The position numbers were made by a program, and so were the translations under genes. Source: Macrostomum hystrix (lineage: Eukaryota; Animalia; Platyhelminthes). Taken from it: DNA of 64,000 nucleotides. The DNA lies in the NCBI GenBank assembly GCA_950097015.1, contig CATNEN010000007.1, forward strand, positions 11,780,001 through 11,844,000, read 5' to 3'. The notes below the pieces were generated by a model. That model ran no database searches, was not told the DNA's origin, and saw nothing but the letters and a program-made list of their open reading frames with translations. Within the stretch, counting starts at the first letter, position 1. Every line of letters starts with the position of its first letter. This document shows, piece after piece, positions 1 to 13,700 of the stretch.

Positions 1-690
1 TCCAAGAGAGTCCTGCTGCTCTCACGTGTCCTTATGAAACTCTTATCCAAGAGAGTCCTGCTGCTCTCACGTGTCCTTATGAAACTCTTATCCAAGAGAG
101 TCCTGCTGCTCTCACGTGTCCTTATGAAACTCTTATCCAAGAGAGTCCTGCTGCTCTCACGTGTCCTTATAAAACTCTTATCCAAGAGAGTCCTGCTGCT
201 CTCACGTGTCCTTATAAAACTCTTATCCAAGAGAGTCCTGCTGCTCTCACGTGTCCTTATGAAACTCTTATCCAAGAGAGTCCTGCTGCTCTCACGTGTC
301 CTTATGAAACTCTTATCCAAGAGAGTCCTGCTGCTCTCACGTGTCCTTATGAAACTCTTATCCAAGAGAGTCCTGCTGCTCTCACGTGTCCTTATGAAAC
401 TCTTATCCAAGAGAGTCCTGCTGCTCTCACGTGTCCTTATGAAACTCTTATCCAAGAGAGTCCTGCTGCTCTCACGTGTCCTTATAAAACTCTTATCCAA
501 GAGAGTCCTGCTGCTCTCACGTGTCCTTAGGAAACTCTTATCCAAGAGAGTCCTGCTGCTCTCACGTGTCCTTATGAAACTCTTATCCAAGAGAGTCCTG
601 CTGCTCTCACGTGTCCTTAGGAAACTCTTATCCAAGAGAGTCCTGCTGCTCTCACTTGTCCTTATGAAACTCTTATCCGAAAGAGTCCTG
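1..690. repeat. 45-bp minisatellite (TCCAAGAGAGTCCTGCTGCTCTCACGTGTCCTTATGAAACTCTTA), ~15 copies, runs off the window start
   Basis: Near-identical tandem units read directly; ORF 34..693 is only the 15-aa translation of the unit. Confidence 0.97.
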
Positions 691-1132
691 TAGTTTTCGC
701 TCGTTGGGCTCGGTCTGATGCCTTGGTGGAGGTCCGCCGAAGTCCGTCGAAGACGTCTGAGGTTTTTGGATTCTCGGGAATCACGTATTTATAGCCGACC
801 CCTCCCATGCGATGCCATTCGCTGAGGCTCATTCGAGCTCTCTCATTGGCCGGAATGAAGTCACAGACGGAAATTGTACGGGTGTGCCACAAGAGCGGTG
901 GAAAAACAATGGAAATATCAGCCAACTTGCGGCTTTCGCATTCACGACCTTAAAACATTGCGACGCAATGAATAACAGAAGAGTATCCAACCTTTTTAAA
1001 TCGTTCCTGTGTTTTTCAAATAGATAAAGAATGAATATGGTTCGCTAGTAATGTCACGAGTACGCTAGCTAGTACACTAGTATGCGCTAGTATGCTATGT
1101 CACGCTCACATTTTATCTGGAATCGCTTGCAG

Positions 1133-1326
1133 ACTGCGATTTGATTGGGTTCGACCAGGTGACCGCCAGCAGTGAATCGAGTGTGCAGCTGCGCTTCGTC
1201 TTTAATGAGGTCTACCACTTCACGGGCTTCTCGCTGAACTCCAGCCTGCCCGTGGAATTCCAACTGCAGTATAAATCCATGAGGAACTGGACGTTCATCA
1301 ACTTCACCGTGCTTGGAACTGTTACG
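1133..1326 (+). CDS. Probable upstream exon of the polycystin-like gene (first half of a discoidin/FA58C-like domain)
   Basis: CAG acceptor at 1130-1132 and ACG|GTAGGG donor; peptide CDLIGFDQ..LRFVFNEVYHFTGFSL resembles the 11635 exon (QWKFSLDNLFHFTNVSF); junction to exon 3563 not resolved. Confidence 0.5.
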
Positions 1327-1599
1327 GTAGGGCTTAGCATTATTGCGAGTGCTTCTTTTATCAATTTTATTGCGCACCCTGAGTTACATAACAACACAAT
1401 AATTGAACTAAGGTGATGTCTTTGAATTCGTATCTTTCAACTCGAAAGCGGGATTTAATTGCGATTAGTGATTTCTTATAGTAAAAAGTTAGTACTTCGG
1501 ACTGTAAAAGTTATAGAAAGGAAACATCAGGTTTGTAGGCTATATTTAATGCAAATTTCGGAGTTATGTGGCTTCTGGTGTGTCATAAGTAATGTCACT

Positions 1600-2700
1600 G
1601 AGGGAAAAATAGACCAACTGGCAATCCCAGATGAGCAAAGCTCTTTCAATCAACAACACCAATGTCCCCCAATATCAATCACCCTCTGGCAGTGCTCGTA
1701 CAGCTTCTTGAACCTCAGCCTGCAGGTGTTTTTCCTTCAACTGCCGGAACCAGTGTAACGCTGCTTATTTGACCTCGACATGGTTTGCGAAACTTCTCTT
1801 GGAAAAGTCTGCCTTCAGTCACTTGTATAGAAACCGGTCGCACAAGCTAAAGTCTGGGCTGCAGGGACTCTGCCAGAGTAGATTCACTCGCCGTCCAGAA
1901 AATCCGAAACAACAGGTGTGCGGTCGTGCGTTATCCATCTGGCGCAGCACATCGTTCAGGTGAATCGGGTTTGACCGGAGCGAGTGCCAGAGGCCTCCAG
2001 TGTGCCGGGAAAAAGTAGATGAAATTACGGGCCATCGCCCTTAGTGTTTGGTAGAGTTGAACATATTGAGACTCGTTTGTTTGGCGTGAAGGCCACCAGT
2101 AGCATTGTCTAGTGATCTTCTTGTCTGAGATGGAGCTCCTGGTCACGGTCGGCCTGGAGTCCACAGCTTCCAGCCAGAAGCGATTGTCTGCCTTGCTGCT
2201 CTTGGCATCCAAGTGGAGCCAGGTCTGATCCTCAACAAAGAAATTATGATGTCGTCCAAGCCCCGGCTGCTGAATACCTTGCGTATCTGCTTGGCGCATT
2301 TGACATGGGCCTGACGTTGGTCTGCAGTGAGTTCTTGGGGCACCCAGACCAAGCAGACATTTCGCAGATGGAGATTCTCCGTGGTCGCTGGTGACATCGA
2401 TGTTTTCTGTTTTCCTGGTTGAACATGGTTGGCCAGACCGAATCCAGGATCAGTAAAGTCCTGAAACCACCTGTAAATTGTCCTGGGAGTTGGGAAGTTG
2501 TCTGGCATTGTATTACGGAGATCTTCCTCTACTTCTGTCGCATATTTTCCAAGCTTAAAGCGAACGAAAGCGTAGAACTGGACGTGCGTCTTGTCGTGAT
2601 TTATGTTGACTTTTGCTCGCCGCATAGACGCGTTTTCACATCGCGTTGCGCTTGCTAAATCTTATTAAAGAATTCTTGTGACAGATTAGGCGATAGAAAT
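1600..2700 (-). mobile_element. Degenerate Tc1/mariner DNA transposon (transposase pseudogene)
   Basis: HTH region (TIYRWFQDF), WVPQEL motif, VEDQTW, QMDNARPH and SPCSPDFSLCD catalytic motifs spread over shifted frames with an in-frame stop; TIRs not identified, so boundaries are approximate. Confidence 0.88.
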
Positions 2701-3562
2701 CCTACGCGAGTCTCCAACGCACTGGTATTGCTTCACAGTGATCTCTAATAGAGTTACTTCACTCCGTTGCCTCTCGCGCTAGTTTCTACTGTATTCGGCC
2801 ATAGTCTAAATTTCGCCATGGTACTCGTACTTCTTAACTCTGGATTTTTTATTTCTTGCAAAGGGGCAGCGTGACTCGGTGCAAAGAGATTTATAAATAT
2901 ATAGTACTGCCGCCAATAGAATAAACATTCTATACGTTTTGGAAATTATTTACCTTTTCTCTTTTCTATATTTTAATGCTAGGAACTCGTGATACTGCGA
3001 GTAGTAACGACTGCTCGCACCTGTTGGTTTCTTTAGTTCTCCAGTCGACTATTTATCTAGTTAAGATTATGATTATGATTATGAGTCTCTTGTTAACACG
3101 CTTCAGAGATTTACGACTGAAATCGGGAGTAGTCAAGGACTCCCTCACCTGATTCGTTCTAACGAGCTGCGAGTCACTCTGCTGACTGGATCTGCCACGG
3201 CCCAGCAGTTCCAGTTTCGCGGCTGCGTTATCACGCAAGGTACGGATTTCATCAGCATAAAGGCAACAAAAAAATTACAAAAATTTTCATACTATTTTTT
3301 CAGAATGTCTTGAACAGCCCCTACAATCGAGGGCCTAGCCTTGTTATTTCAGTTTCGAGTGAAATGAAAATGCCCACAGACTTTCATGGCTAACGCTCCC
3401 AAGAAACCAAAACATAAGCTCTGACTTAAACCAAAGCTAAGAAGGGAGCAGTTCGCTGAAAATAGAAGTGCATCGGAGGAGGGCATGGTTTTAGATTTAG
3501 TGATAAATTTTACTGCTATGCTGAACCAAACCAGTGTATTTTGTTGCATTCAACAACCGCAG

Positions 3563-4738
3563 AGTGCCCCATCGGCTTCTTCCGGCACAAGGACAGCTGC
3601 TTCTGGGCTCCGTTCGGCTCCAACGGCTCCACGCCGCACACGCTGGCGCCGCCCGGCTTGGCGCGGGAAATCTGCGGCTCCATTCATTGGAATGGAAGCG
3701 GTCATCTGACCAGCCCCAGGACTATCATTGAGAACCAGCTCATTCAGAACATGCTGTGGAATGCCACTTTTGAGTAATAAGAAGCTTTTTCGATTGTACT
3801 GTACCAATATTTATTTGGTAAAATATGCTTTCCATCGAATTTTGTTACTTCGCAATTCTACCGATTGAATAGTCTTAATGTCTACAGTCACTAATTGCAT
3901 TTAAATGACCCTCGTAATTAAAATCATTTATTGATCCTAGTAAGTACGAAAATGTTTCTCAAGGTTTATTCACATCGACGGTCGCTACAATAAGACAGCG
4001 GACCAGTGGCAGTGGTGGGATGGCAGTCCTGTCGAATGGAAGCACTGGCTGTTCGGTTTTCCTGGCAAAGAGTGCCTCATGATGAACGTAAGACGCGGCG
4101 GTTATTGGCATAACATCAAGTGCGACACCTATCAGTCTGTCTATCCGTTTGTGTGCGAGGTGGGCGCTCTGAACACCAACTACGCGACGGTGTCAGAGCC
4201 GATCAACCTGGTTGGGAGACCTGTCTCCTACAGCTCGATCGCTGCAGGCTTCAGCCCCACGGGAGCGAATGACGGTGACTTCACCCCGAACTTCTCGGTG
4301 AAGCCAGGGTTCGCAATCCAGGAATCGACAAGTTCGGTTCTGTCCAGCTGGTGGTGTGTCGACCTGCAGTCTGTCTACCAAGTCAGCGAGGTGTGGCTTT
4401 ACACGAGAAATGATTCCAACGGTAGGACGTCTTGAAAATTGTTTCCGCTGTCTTAAACTTCGCAGTAGATTTTATCCGGCCAGCAAAGAAGCTAAGAGAA
4501 TAAGAAATTCATTCAGATATTTTAGGTGACTTCGGTGTCTGGCTGTCAACGGTGAACGACTCTGACTACTCAGCTGAAACTCCGAACGCAGTGTCGTGTC
4601 CGCCAAGTCTGCAGGCCTACAAACCAGGCGATGTGATTGAGCTGATGTGCAGATTTTCCGCTCAGTTTGTGATTGTGCGGAAGAGACGCACATCATGCTG
4701 CATGTACTTGGCAGAAGTTGCGGTTCAAGCAACTAAGT
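3563..4738 (+). CDS. C-type lectin plus F-type lectin (fucolectin) domain exons of the polycystin-like gene
   Basis: CPIGFFRHKDSCF..WQWWDGSPVEWKHW..WHNIKC..PFVCE; ANDGD..WWCVDLQSVYQVSEVWLYTR..LAEVAV. Confidence 0.85.
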
Positions 4739-7700
4739 GTAAGTGAAGAGAGTTTATTGGCTAGCTGACTACCTGATTGTCCATTCAGGAATCGCATAAG
4801 AAAATTTAATTCCAGTGGTGAAGCAATCGTCAAGGCAGAGCACAAAGATCTACATCAAACGAATGACGTATGTCGACAGCAACAACTTTGTGCGAAAGTA
4901 TCCTTTGCTGAGCCAGTACGGTCAATTGTACGACTGCTATGCGAACCTGGCGCCCACATGCAAGTCCGTGTTCCCCTACACGGAGGCTTCTTCAAAGTTC
5001 AGCGACCTCAACAGCACACACCTAGCTGCGGGACTGGCCGCCTTTTCTATAAACCAGACGAATGGAAACATGCTGCAGTGGCTGCCGTACAGTGAGTTGA
5101 TTTTGTCCGCGATGCTAATCCTGGGACGCTCGAACAAGCAAAATCACCCCTGTGTGCGATTTATAAACTTAAGACTCAGAAAAATATAAAATCTCAACAC
5201 AAACTTTAGACGCAAGCTGCGATGTGGACCTTACCAATGGCATCGAAGGAGTTTTGGAAGTTAATGTTTCGTCTAATTCTGAAGTTTTTCTCTACTCGGC
5301 TAAGTCGGCACCATTCGGGATTCTAGCGTGGGGTGAGTATTACGACTGTGCATATATGGTGCTTCCAAGGTCACGAAAACATGCCATCGTTGACATTTTC
5401 TGGTATTGCAACAAAGTAAACAGTTGAACTGACGACATGGTATTGCTGTAATTCTCGCAGACGTGAGGTCTCAGCCAGTGAGACTAGAAAACTTCCGTCT
5501 TGGTCTGTGGCCGCTGGTGACGGAAACTGGTGCCAGAGATGTCGCGCCGAGCCAGCTGCACGGAAATATCAGTGGCGAGTGTTCCTGGGGCTTTGGGCCT
5601 ACCTTCCGAGATAACGGCTCCCTGCGCCTCCGTGCGGCATCCACTTTGCTGCTTCCTGGCAGCGGAAGACTGATCAGCACAACTGGAGGCAGTGGATATG
5701 CCATCTGCTTCTACACTTATCTGGAACCAAATACTGGCTTCGACTTCACAGTTCCGGTGTTCGCTTCGTCCAGTGGCAGCCTGCAGTTCCGCTACGTGAA
5801 CTACACCAGCTATCAGGTCACCGCAATGCGACAGTCCGGTGGGTTCGCGACTATTTCTAGCAATTTGAAGGCTGCCTACTTCTGGCACTTTTTCTGCGTG
5901 TCTGGCGATTCGGCTGCCGGTCAGCTGGTTCTGATTGAGGGCCACCGAAAAGTGTATAGCTCTTCAGTGGCAACAAATGACACCATTCGGTCGATTATTG
6001 GGTAAGCAATGTATGTACTCTGGTTTAATGCAAATGAAATTCGTTAGGAATTCGCGAATTTTTCATTTTAGAGAGACCCTAGTGTTCGGCAACATAAGCT
6101 CTTTGTTTTGCATCCAAATCTTCACCATGCCACTAAACGTTGTGCAGAGTCACTGGGCAATGCAGGAATGTGAACCCTACACTAAATGTAAGTCGCAAAT
6201 AAATTTTAAGCTGAAGTTTAGTAATAAAGACTAGCACACTAAGCCCCCCTTGGGGGGCACTACTGTTCAGACAAAAAAATCTTGTGTTTTGCAGAAGGAC
6301 CAAACACACCTGAAAGTAAGCAAAAACGAAAACTCACTTCGTCAGTATGAATTTCGCTGATTGTGAATATACGTGATTGCGATTCAGCGAGAATTTAAAT
6401 TCGCACTAAATACAAAAATTTTAAGTCTGAGCTCGAATACATTCTGAGACATTCGGTCTGTACACCAAGAGCCCCACTGGGGCAGAATTACAAAAGTAAC
6501 CTACGTTTGATACTACTCAGCTTAATGCTACTAAGGTACATGCGAATACCATCCCCTCAGCAGCAGAAAACCAGTGTCCACCCCGCAGCAGAGAACCAAT
6601 GTCCCCCAGCAGCAAAGAACTAATGTCCCCCAAGCAGCAAATAACCAATGTCCCCAAGCAGCAAAGAACTATGTCCCCAAGCAGCAAAGAACTAATGTCC
6701 CCTCAGCAGCAGAGAACTAATGTCCCCCCAGCAGCAGAGAACCAATGACCCCCCAAACTGCAGAGAACTAATGTCCCCTCAGCAGCAGAGAACTAATGTC
6801 CCCCAGCAGCAGAGAACTAATGTCCCCCAGCAGCAAATAACCAATGTCCCCAAGCAGCAAAGAACTAATGTCCCCTCAGCAGCAGAGAACTAATGTCCCC
6901 CAGCAGCAGAGAACCAATGTCTCCCCAGCAGCAGAGAACCAATGTCTCCCCAGCAGCAGAGAACCAATGTCTCCCCAGCAGCAAATAACCAATGTCCGCC
7001 AGCAGCAAAGAACCAATTTCCCTCAAACAAAAGAGAACCTCCATAATACCAGAATGGAGGCTACTTGCAGGCTACCAAACCCCCAGCAAGAAACATTTGC
7101 CCTCTTTCTTTGACAGGAAACCATTGCCCCATATAGCAGAGAAATGCTTTTGCTCAGCCCAGCAGGAAACAAATAGAAACTCTTGGACACGTTTAGAAAA
7201 CGGTTGGACACATTTGGAAAACTGTTAAAAACATTTAGAAAACTGTGAAAACATTCAGAAAACTGTTGGACACATTTATAGAACTGTTACACACGCTTAT
7301 AAAACTGTTACACGCGTTTAGAGAACTGTTAAGCGCATTTAGAAAACTGTTAAACAAATTTAGAAAAATGTTGGACACATTTAAAAAACTCTTGGACACA
7401 TTTAGAAAAACGTTGGACACATTTAGAAAAACGTTGGACACATTTAGAAAAACGTTGGACACATTTAGAAAAACGTTGGACACATTTAGAAAAACGTTGG
7501 ACACATTTAAAAAAACGTTGGACACATTTAGAAAAACGTTGGACAACTTTAGAAAACTGCTAAGAACATTTATAAAACTATTAAACACATTTAGAAAACA
7601 TGCGTCAAGCAGTTGTAGCAGTATCTGGTGAAATAATTGACCCATGCTTTTAGATGAGGCAGAAACAGGATCATAAGACGCATCTGAAAAAGCCGTCAGA

Positions 7701-10700
7701 ACACACTTTAAAAGTTTGTTCAGTAGCAAATCATTGGCGAAACTATTCGTCCCGCACATTTTTTAAAGCATAGCTCGGCGTCAGAGTCGGACATGCACTC
7801 TGGCTCGAGAGTTCGTGTTTTTGTTTTAATTTTCGCTTAAAGTGAAAAATGTCTGTCGGAATATGTCTGTCGGGGAACCCATACATATTATTTTCTCACA
7901 ATAAACAGTAATAATAAAGCTAACAAATATTTGCTTTGATAGTAGCTAATCAAAAGTGCTTACTATTTATACTCGAACCCAAAAATGCCAAATAAATAGA
8001 AATAATAATAACAGGAACTTACCTTTTTAACTGTTGATGATAGAAGAGAAGAAGAAAAATTAGCAGTAACAAAACTGATGCTCAAATTCGACCTGCATTC
8101 TGCAAAAAAAATAAAAGTACTTTACTTCGGAGCTAGATAAAAAGTAAGCGGCACAATGATCGAAGTCGAGACAAGGTTTGACAATATAAAGACTGCAGTT
8201 TTTGTGGATAGAATGGAGGAGGAGAGGTCTCGCTAGCATTGAGCATCATAAAAGCCCAATCATTGAAATCTGCTGCGTACGTTTTTCTTATTCAAATCAA
8301 ATCAAGCCAAGAGACAAATAGATAAACGCACGTACGGGTCGAAGAGCAGTGACGCAATCCTATTATATTGAGAGTATCGGGCCTGTTCTGTGCTATACCA
8401 ATGCACGCGCGGGCGAGAAAAAGCACCGATGCAATCTAATAAAACTGACAGTGTCCGGCCCTATTCTAATTTAACCTTGTTTGGCAATTGAAAGCAATAG
8501 GAAAACTCGTTTTTCGAATATTTAATACCTTAAGGATTGAAGCAAACAAAAGAAATTTTATCGGTGCAATGGTAGAAAAATTTGCAACTTTTTGGAGAAA
8601 ACGCGGCAAAAAATGTTTGAGGCATTCAACCTGTGGAGTGAAATTCCATGCACAGACAGACAGACAGATTTTAGATTTACTATATAGTTGGATGATAGAA
8701 GAAGAAACCCCACCGTTACTTTACAGATTGCAAGGCCTCGCCGTCTCGCTGCAAAGGTTACTTCAGTCGACGCTTAAATTTCGGAGGCTACGACCCGAAT
8801 ACCCAGCCAACCTATTATAGTCATTTATATCCCCGATCCAAAGAAAACGATTTGCCAATTTATTCCAATGGTAATGGTTGTAAAAACATCCTTGTTACTC
8901 CATTCAATCTTTACTGCTACAACTCTATATATTTATATTCATACGACACATCGTTCGACACGCTAATGTGGATTTGCTGTGACGCAGACACCGGCGAGGT
9001 AGCGTCCGGGCAACACTGCACCACCTATAGTACACCTTTCTCCGGAAATTTCTGGACTCTGATTGACTCTAGTCCAACCGCCTCGTGGAGACTGCGCAGT
9101 GGTACTCTGCACGAGTCTTTGGTGGATGGCAGCGTGTATGATGCAAGAAACTTTTGTCGCAACCCTTCCGTGTCGTATTTCAGTGGCTTGAACTCAGGTG
9201 GAACTGTCGCAAACTGCATACCAATAAATTGTGACCAATGTAAGTGAATACTTGTGAATACTTTAATGCACAGATTGCAAAGGAATGAAACTCAGTTAAC
9301 AACTAAGCCCGTAAAGTGAAAAATGCCTTAAAGTTAGGTATGTACGAAAATAGTATTTTACGCTTTTCTTAAAATTTCATGAATAATTTGCCTAATGCAT
9401 CCTTGATTCTCGGCTGCATGGTTTAATGAGTAGTTTAACCATACTAAAATTGCATTTAACAGTAGAATTACCAAGGGGCGGGGAATTTCCCCCGATCTAA
9501 ACAACGATCAGGGATCTAAACGATCCAAACAATAAATTGTCCCCTTGACAATTTTTGTGCTTGCACCCGAACGGAGCAACGCTAGCACACGAAACTCAAA
9601 AACACGGCGAGCTTTTTGTTGTGCATCTTCTAAAACAAAAATCAAGTTACCTGCTCTTCAGACCATCAAGATATTCAACGCTTCTGGCCGAAGGTCAGAT
9701 TTTTATAGGAGCTAGTGTATTTCATACCCCAATACACGAATTCGCACTTCGTATCAGTTCGGCTTGGCCAGGCCTTCAAACTTGATCAGCACGTCAGCCG
9801 AAAGTGCCTGCATCAGGTCAGACTTCGGTGGTCACCGAACTTTATATAGACTGAGCTGCTGGACCTCTACTAAAATGCCACCATCAAGCATTTTCAGCAT
9901 GATCCGCGCATTCGCTAAGTTCAAGTCTCTGATCAGGCCTTCTGTTTCTGTGGAAACTGCTTTCGAGCTCGATTTCGCCCTCGAACTTGTGCGGACTGGA
10001 CAGCTCGAATGCGCAGCGGATAGGGCTTCTGCCACGTCGTCGATCTTCCGGCACAGAGAGTGGGCTGGAGAGGCATTGATATTCCAGGCATTTTCAAATG
10101 ACATCTAAAACGTCCTTATGTTGTTTCTTGCTTTGCGCCACGAGAAAAGTTTCAGCCTTTCTTGAATTAGCCACTCCCTTGTGTCCCAACCATCGCCCTT
10201 CGGCGTTCCTACAGGAGAAGAGACCATTTGAAAAATGAGTAATTTACAAGACAAATTAATCAGAAACTAAATCAGCCCCTAACTGAAGCCCTGATGAATC
10301 AAAATTGTGCTGAAATTTTCAAAGCTCCAGCACGAAAATTTTTTAGACGATCCTAGACCAACGTTTCCCTCCTGGAAGGCGCTCTCGAGTTCTCCAAATG
10401 AGTGGCTGCAGATTGGATTCTCGAGGCAAATTCGCGCTGAGAGCATTTCTGTCGGCTCATTGCACCCGACCCTCCACTACAATTATTATATTTTTGATGG
10501 AATTCTAACCTACATTCTGGAGCATTCGAATGATGGCCTTTACTGGACTCGATATTCTTCACAGACTTTCTACTACAGGGTAAGTAAGAAGATATTGCGG
10601 CCTAAAACTTTGGTGCAATTTCCTCAAAATGTACTCGGTAAGGTTGCTGATCAGCATAAATTCTATTTATATGCTTTTTTATAGCCTGAATTAGCACTTT

Positions 10701-13700
10701 TACCAAGGTAGTCTAGCTTAGAAATGGTGTAAGCTGTCGACGAACGTCTAGCACTCATATTAAACTTTGCAGACCCTGTTTGGACCAAAAGCGCCGCCTT
10801 ATATGGGCTACTCTGCATACAGCAGCGAGACGTCGACAGAGAGACTAATTCCATCTGTGGAGACCTTTAACATCAGGCTCTACCCTGTAATCATCCAGAC
10901 CCAGGTGACGGGCAGGGTGGCCATCTTGGGCTGCCTGTCCGACTCGGTGAACCCGTTGTTGCCGCCGGAAATCCCCTTCCTGGGCTACCAGGTGACGTCG
11001 AACAAGACGGGATTCACTTCATTTTCTGCTGACAGCGTCACTTCTTCTATCAAGCTCACCTGGTCTGCCAGCAATGGCTACAACCCGGGATTCATCGCCC
11101 CCGTCGGCTCCGATGTTGTGGTGACATTCGAGACGCCTCAGCGAGTCTTTGCGGTGGTCACAGCGGGCGGCATCAATGGCAGCTACGTCTCGCGCTACTC
11201 TGTGTTCTATGGAGACTCAGGAAACTCTTCGATTCGAGCTATTAACAGCTCACAGACAGGCAACACCACCTTCCTAGGCAATTTAGAAGAGAAGCAGTGG
11301 ATTCGGCAGGACTTTCAGCAGTCAGTAGTCGCCAAGCACATGGTGTTTCGGTCTCTGACATTTAATGTTACACCAGCAGTGAGGCTTGCCTTCCTTGGCT
11401 TCCCAGTTGGTGAGATGCCTCTACAAGCTTCTGTATTACAGTCATAACTACAAAATAAAATAAGAAGCGCAATTGCTATTAAAAAATGGAATACTCGCTT
11501 TAAAAATAACATGCACTTTTGTTGTTCGTAAAATATTGTGCGAAGCACAGTGAAATCAGATAGAAAACGGAGCTCTTGGACTCCTAAAGCCATGAGGTAC
11601 TCTGAACAAAAATTTCAATAAACATTGCCCACAGAGTGCCAGCAAATTAGCTACGGAAGAATATTAGATGAGAGTGGGACAAATCTGGCGGACGCTGTGC
11701 AAGTCGCAGGTTCCAAGCTGCAGTGGAAATTTTCGCTTGACAATCTATTCCACTTCACCAACGTGAGCTTCAGTGCCAGCAACTGTGTTCAGCATCAGCC
11801 ACTGCGAATCGAATTTTTCAATTTCATGGACAGTCGCATTGGATCTTACGTAAGAAGCTTTCCTGTAAAAGCCCATTTATGTGTTTAAAAAACTGTTAGC
11901 TCATTTTCGCGTGATCTGTGGGCCATTTTAGGTCCTTTTAAAGGATTCGGTCCTTTTTACAAACCATAGGTCATGAGTTGCTCTGAAAACGTCTCATGAC
12001 AAAAGCATGTTAAATTATTTCCCTGAAACACCACAGGATCAGTCCGTTGGTTCCGGCGCGTCAAGCTTGTGGCTGAACAAGACCGTGACAGCAGTGAAGT
12101 TTTCAATTCATTGGCTAAGCGGAAATTTCTGCGATTCCATCAGTCTAAAGTTCTACGGATGCGAGGCAGACGGTGCGTAAAAGTCACATGAGTTTTTTAA
12201 GGCAAAGGGCTGGCGAATCCTTGTCCAAACCCTAGTCTAGCGCTAATGCACTTCCCTTGCAGAGTGTCCTGTGAACTTTTACTACTATAACGGCCGCTGT
12301 TTTCACCACTACGCTGCCTTCGAACCTCGCGTACAGAGATGGTTAGCCAAGGACTACTGCAGGAATGTGAGCTGGGCCGGTACGGGCCAGCTGTTCGCGC
12401 CCACCAGCCTGTACGACTACACCGTGTTGCGGATCGGCTACGCACAAGCCATGCTGTGAGAGCCCGACAAGGACGGATATAGGCAGTATTGGCATAACTG
12501 ATGTGAAATAAATTCTACAGTTAGTTACGAGCACACAATGGTTAAAGTATAAGTTAGAGGGAGAAAACACCAACTATTGCGACTAAGCTTTCCGATGCGC
12601 ATCTTCTGAAGCAAAAACCAAGTCACAACAACAAGAACGTCAAGATATTCAATATTTTTCTGATAGAAGGTCCATTTATTTCACAAGCGCTAATGCATTC
12701 AGTACCCCCAAGTACGCCAATTAGCATTAAATTAACCTAAACATTCATTAGCTTGTCTATCACATGTGTCATTATCATTTTAGCCTTCAGTGTTTATAAA
12801 AAGGCGAAGCTTCTAGAACTTTAAGGGGTGGCACCAGCTGACAATACGCCTTGGTTTATAATTTCTCTAATTTCGCTCATCGTACCCTGGAAAGTACGCT
12901 TGGTCCGTTAAAATAACAAAGTATATTCGAAAGTCCCCGAAGGCGTCGCCGTCGATGGCGGCGTGGTGTGGCAGTGTTTGGCTCAGTATAGGAAACGTTT
13001 CTCGTACTAGACTAAACGTACTAGAATGGGCTGAAAGGTAGCTGCTACTCGCTTAGCTACGAGTAATTACAAATGAAACCATCCGCCATTTCGTATAACA
13101 TTATTGAAAAATACTATGGCGGAAGGCCTTTTTGTTTACAAGTTTGAGGAGCAGCGAAGATCATGTGCTGCATTGAGCGTATATTTATATAATAAACGAA
13201 AGCGCGAGATCGAGATAGAGCGGTGCGAAAAGGTGGCGTGACTTCGTAACCCCCCAGCTGGCTGGGTGCACCGATCCCAGCTCAACAAGACTGAGGTTGA
13301 GGGGTTTTGAGTGCGTCTGCACTGGCGCTGGGCGGTCACGTATGTTGTGGCCACCACAATTCCATAATTTAAAAAGGAATAATTCACTGCAATAATTTTC
13401 TTTATGTACTTAGTGCAAGTATACAAATTATCATATCGTTTCGAACTCACAATAGACTAAACTATATCAATATCTCCACAAATATCTCTGCGAATATTTC
13501 TACAGGACACGAGGACTAACGGCAAGTGCGTTGCCATTCCAGAACTATCAGGTTTATCTTGGTTTCCAGCTGGATACAGGAACAGGCAGGTGGGTTAACG
13601 AGCTCACTCTTCAGCCGCTAAACTGGACTCACTGGCGGTTTGGTGAGCCCAGCAGCTCGGCTGCAGCTTGTGCCTTCACCACTCTCGCAAATGAAAACTG

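Larger units (their letters stand above)
6231..8692 (-). mobile_element. Non-autonomous Helitron inserted in a polycystin intron
   Basis: Minus strand begins A|TCCAACTATATAG..(TCTG)n and ends with the hairpin GCCCCCC-AA-GGGGGGC (6243-6258) followed by CTAG|T; removing it restores a ~77-nt intron like its neighbours. Confidence 0.78.

Noticed and set aside
34-693. 219-aa repetitive ORF
   Set aside because: Translation of a 45-bp (3n) minisatellite; no splice or protein evidence
7235-7759. Heptad 'coiled-coil' ORFs (FRKTLDT / NVSNVFL)
   Set aside because: Artefact of a 21-bp array inside an intronic Helitron
13133-13358. TG..CA bounded solo-LTR candidate
   Set aside because: No target-site duplication or second copy visible
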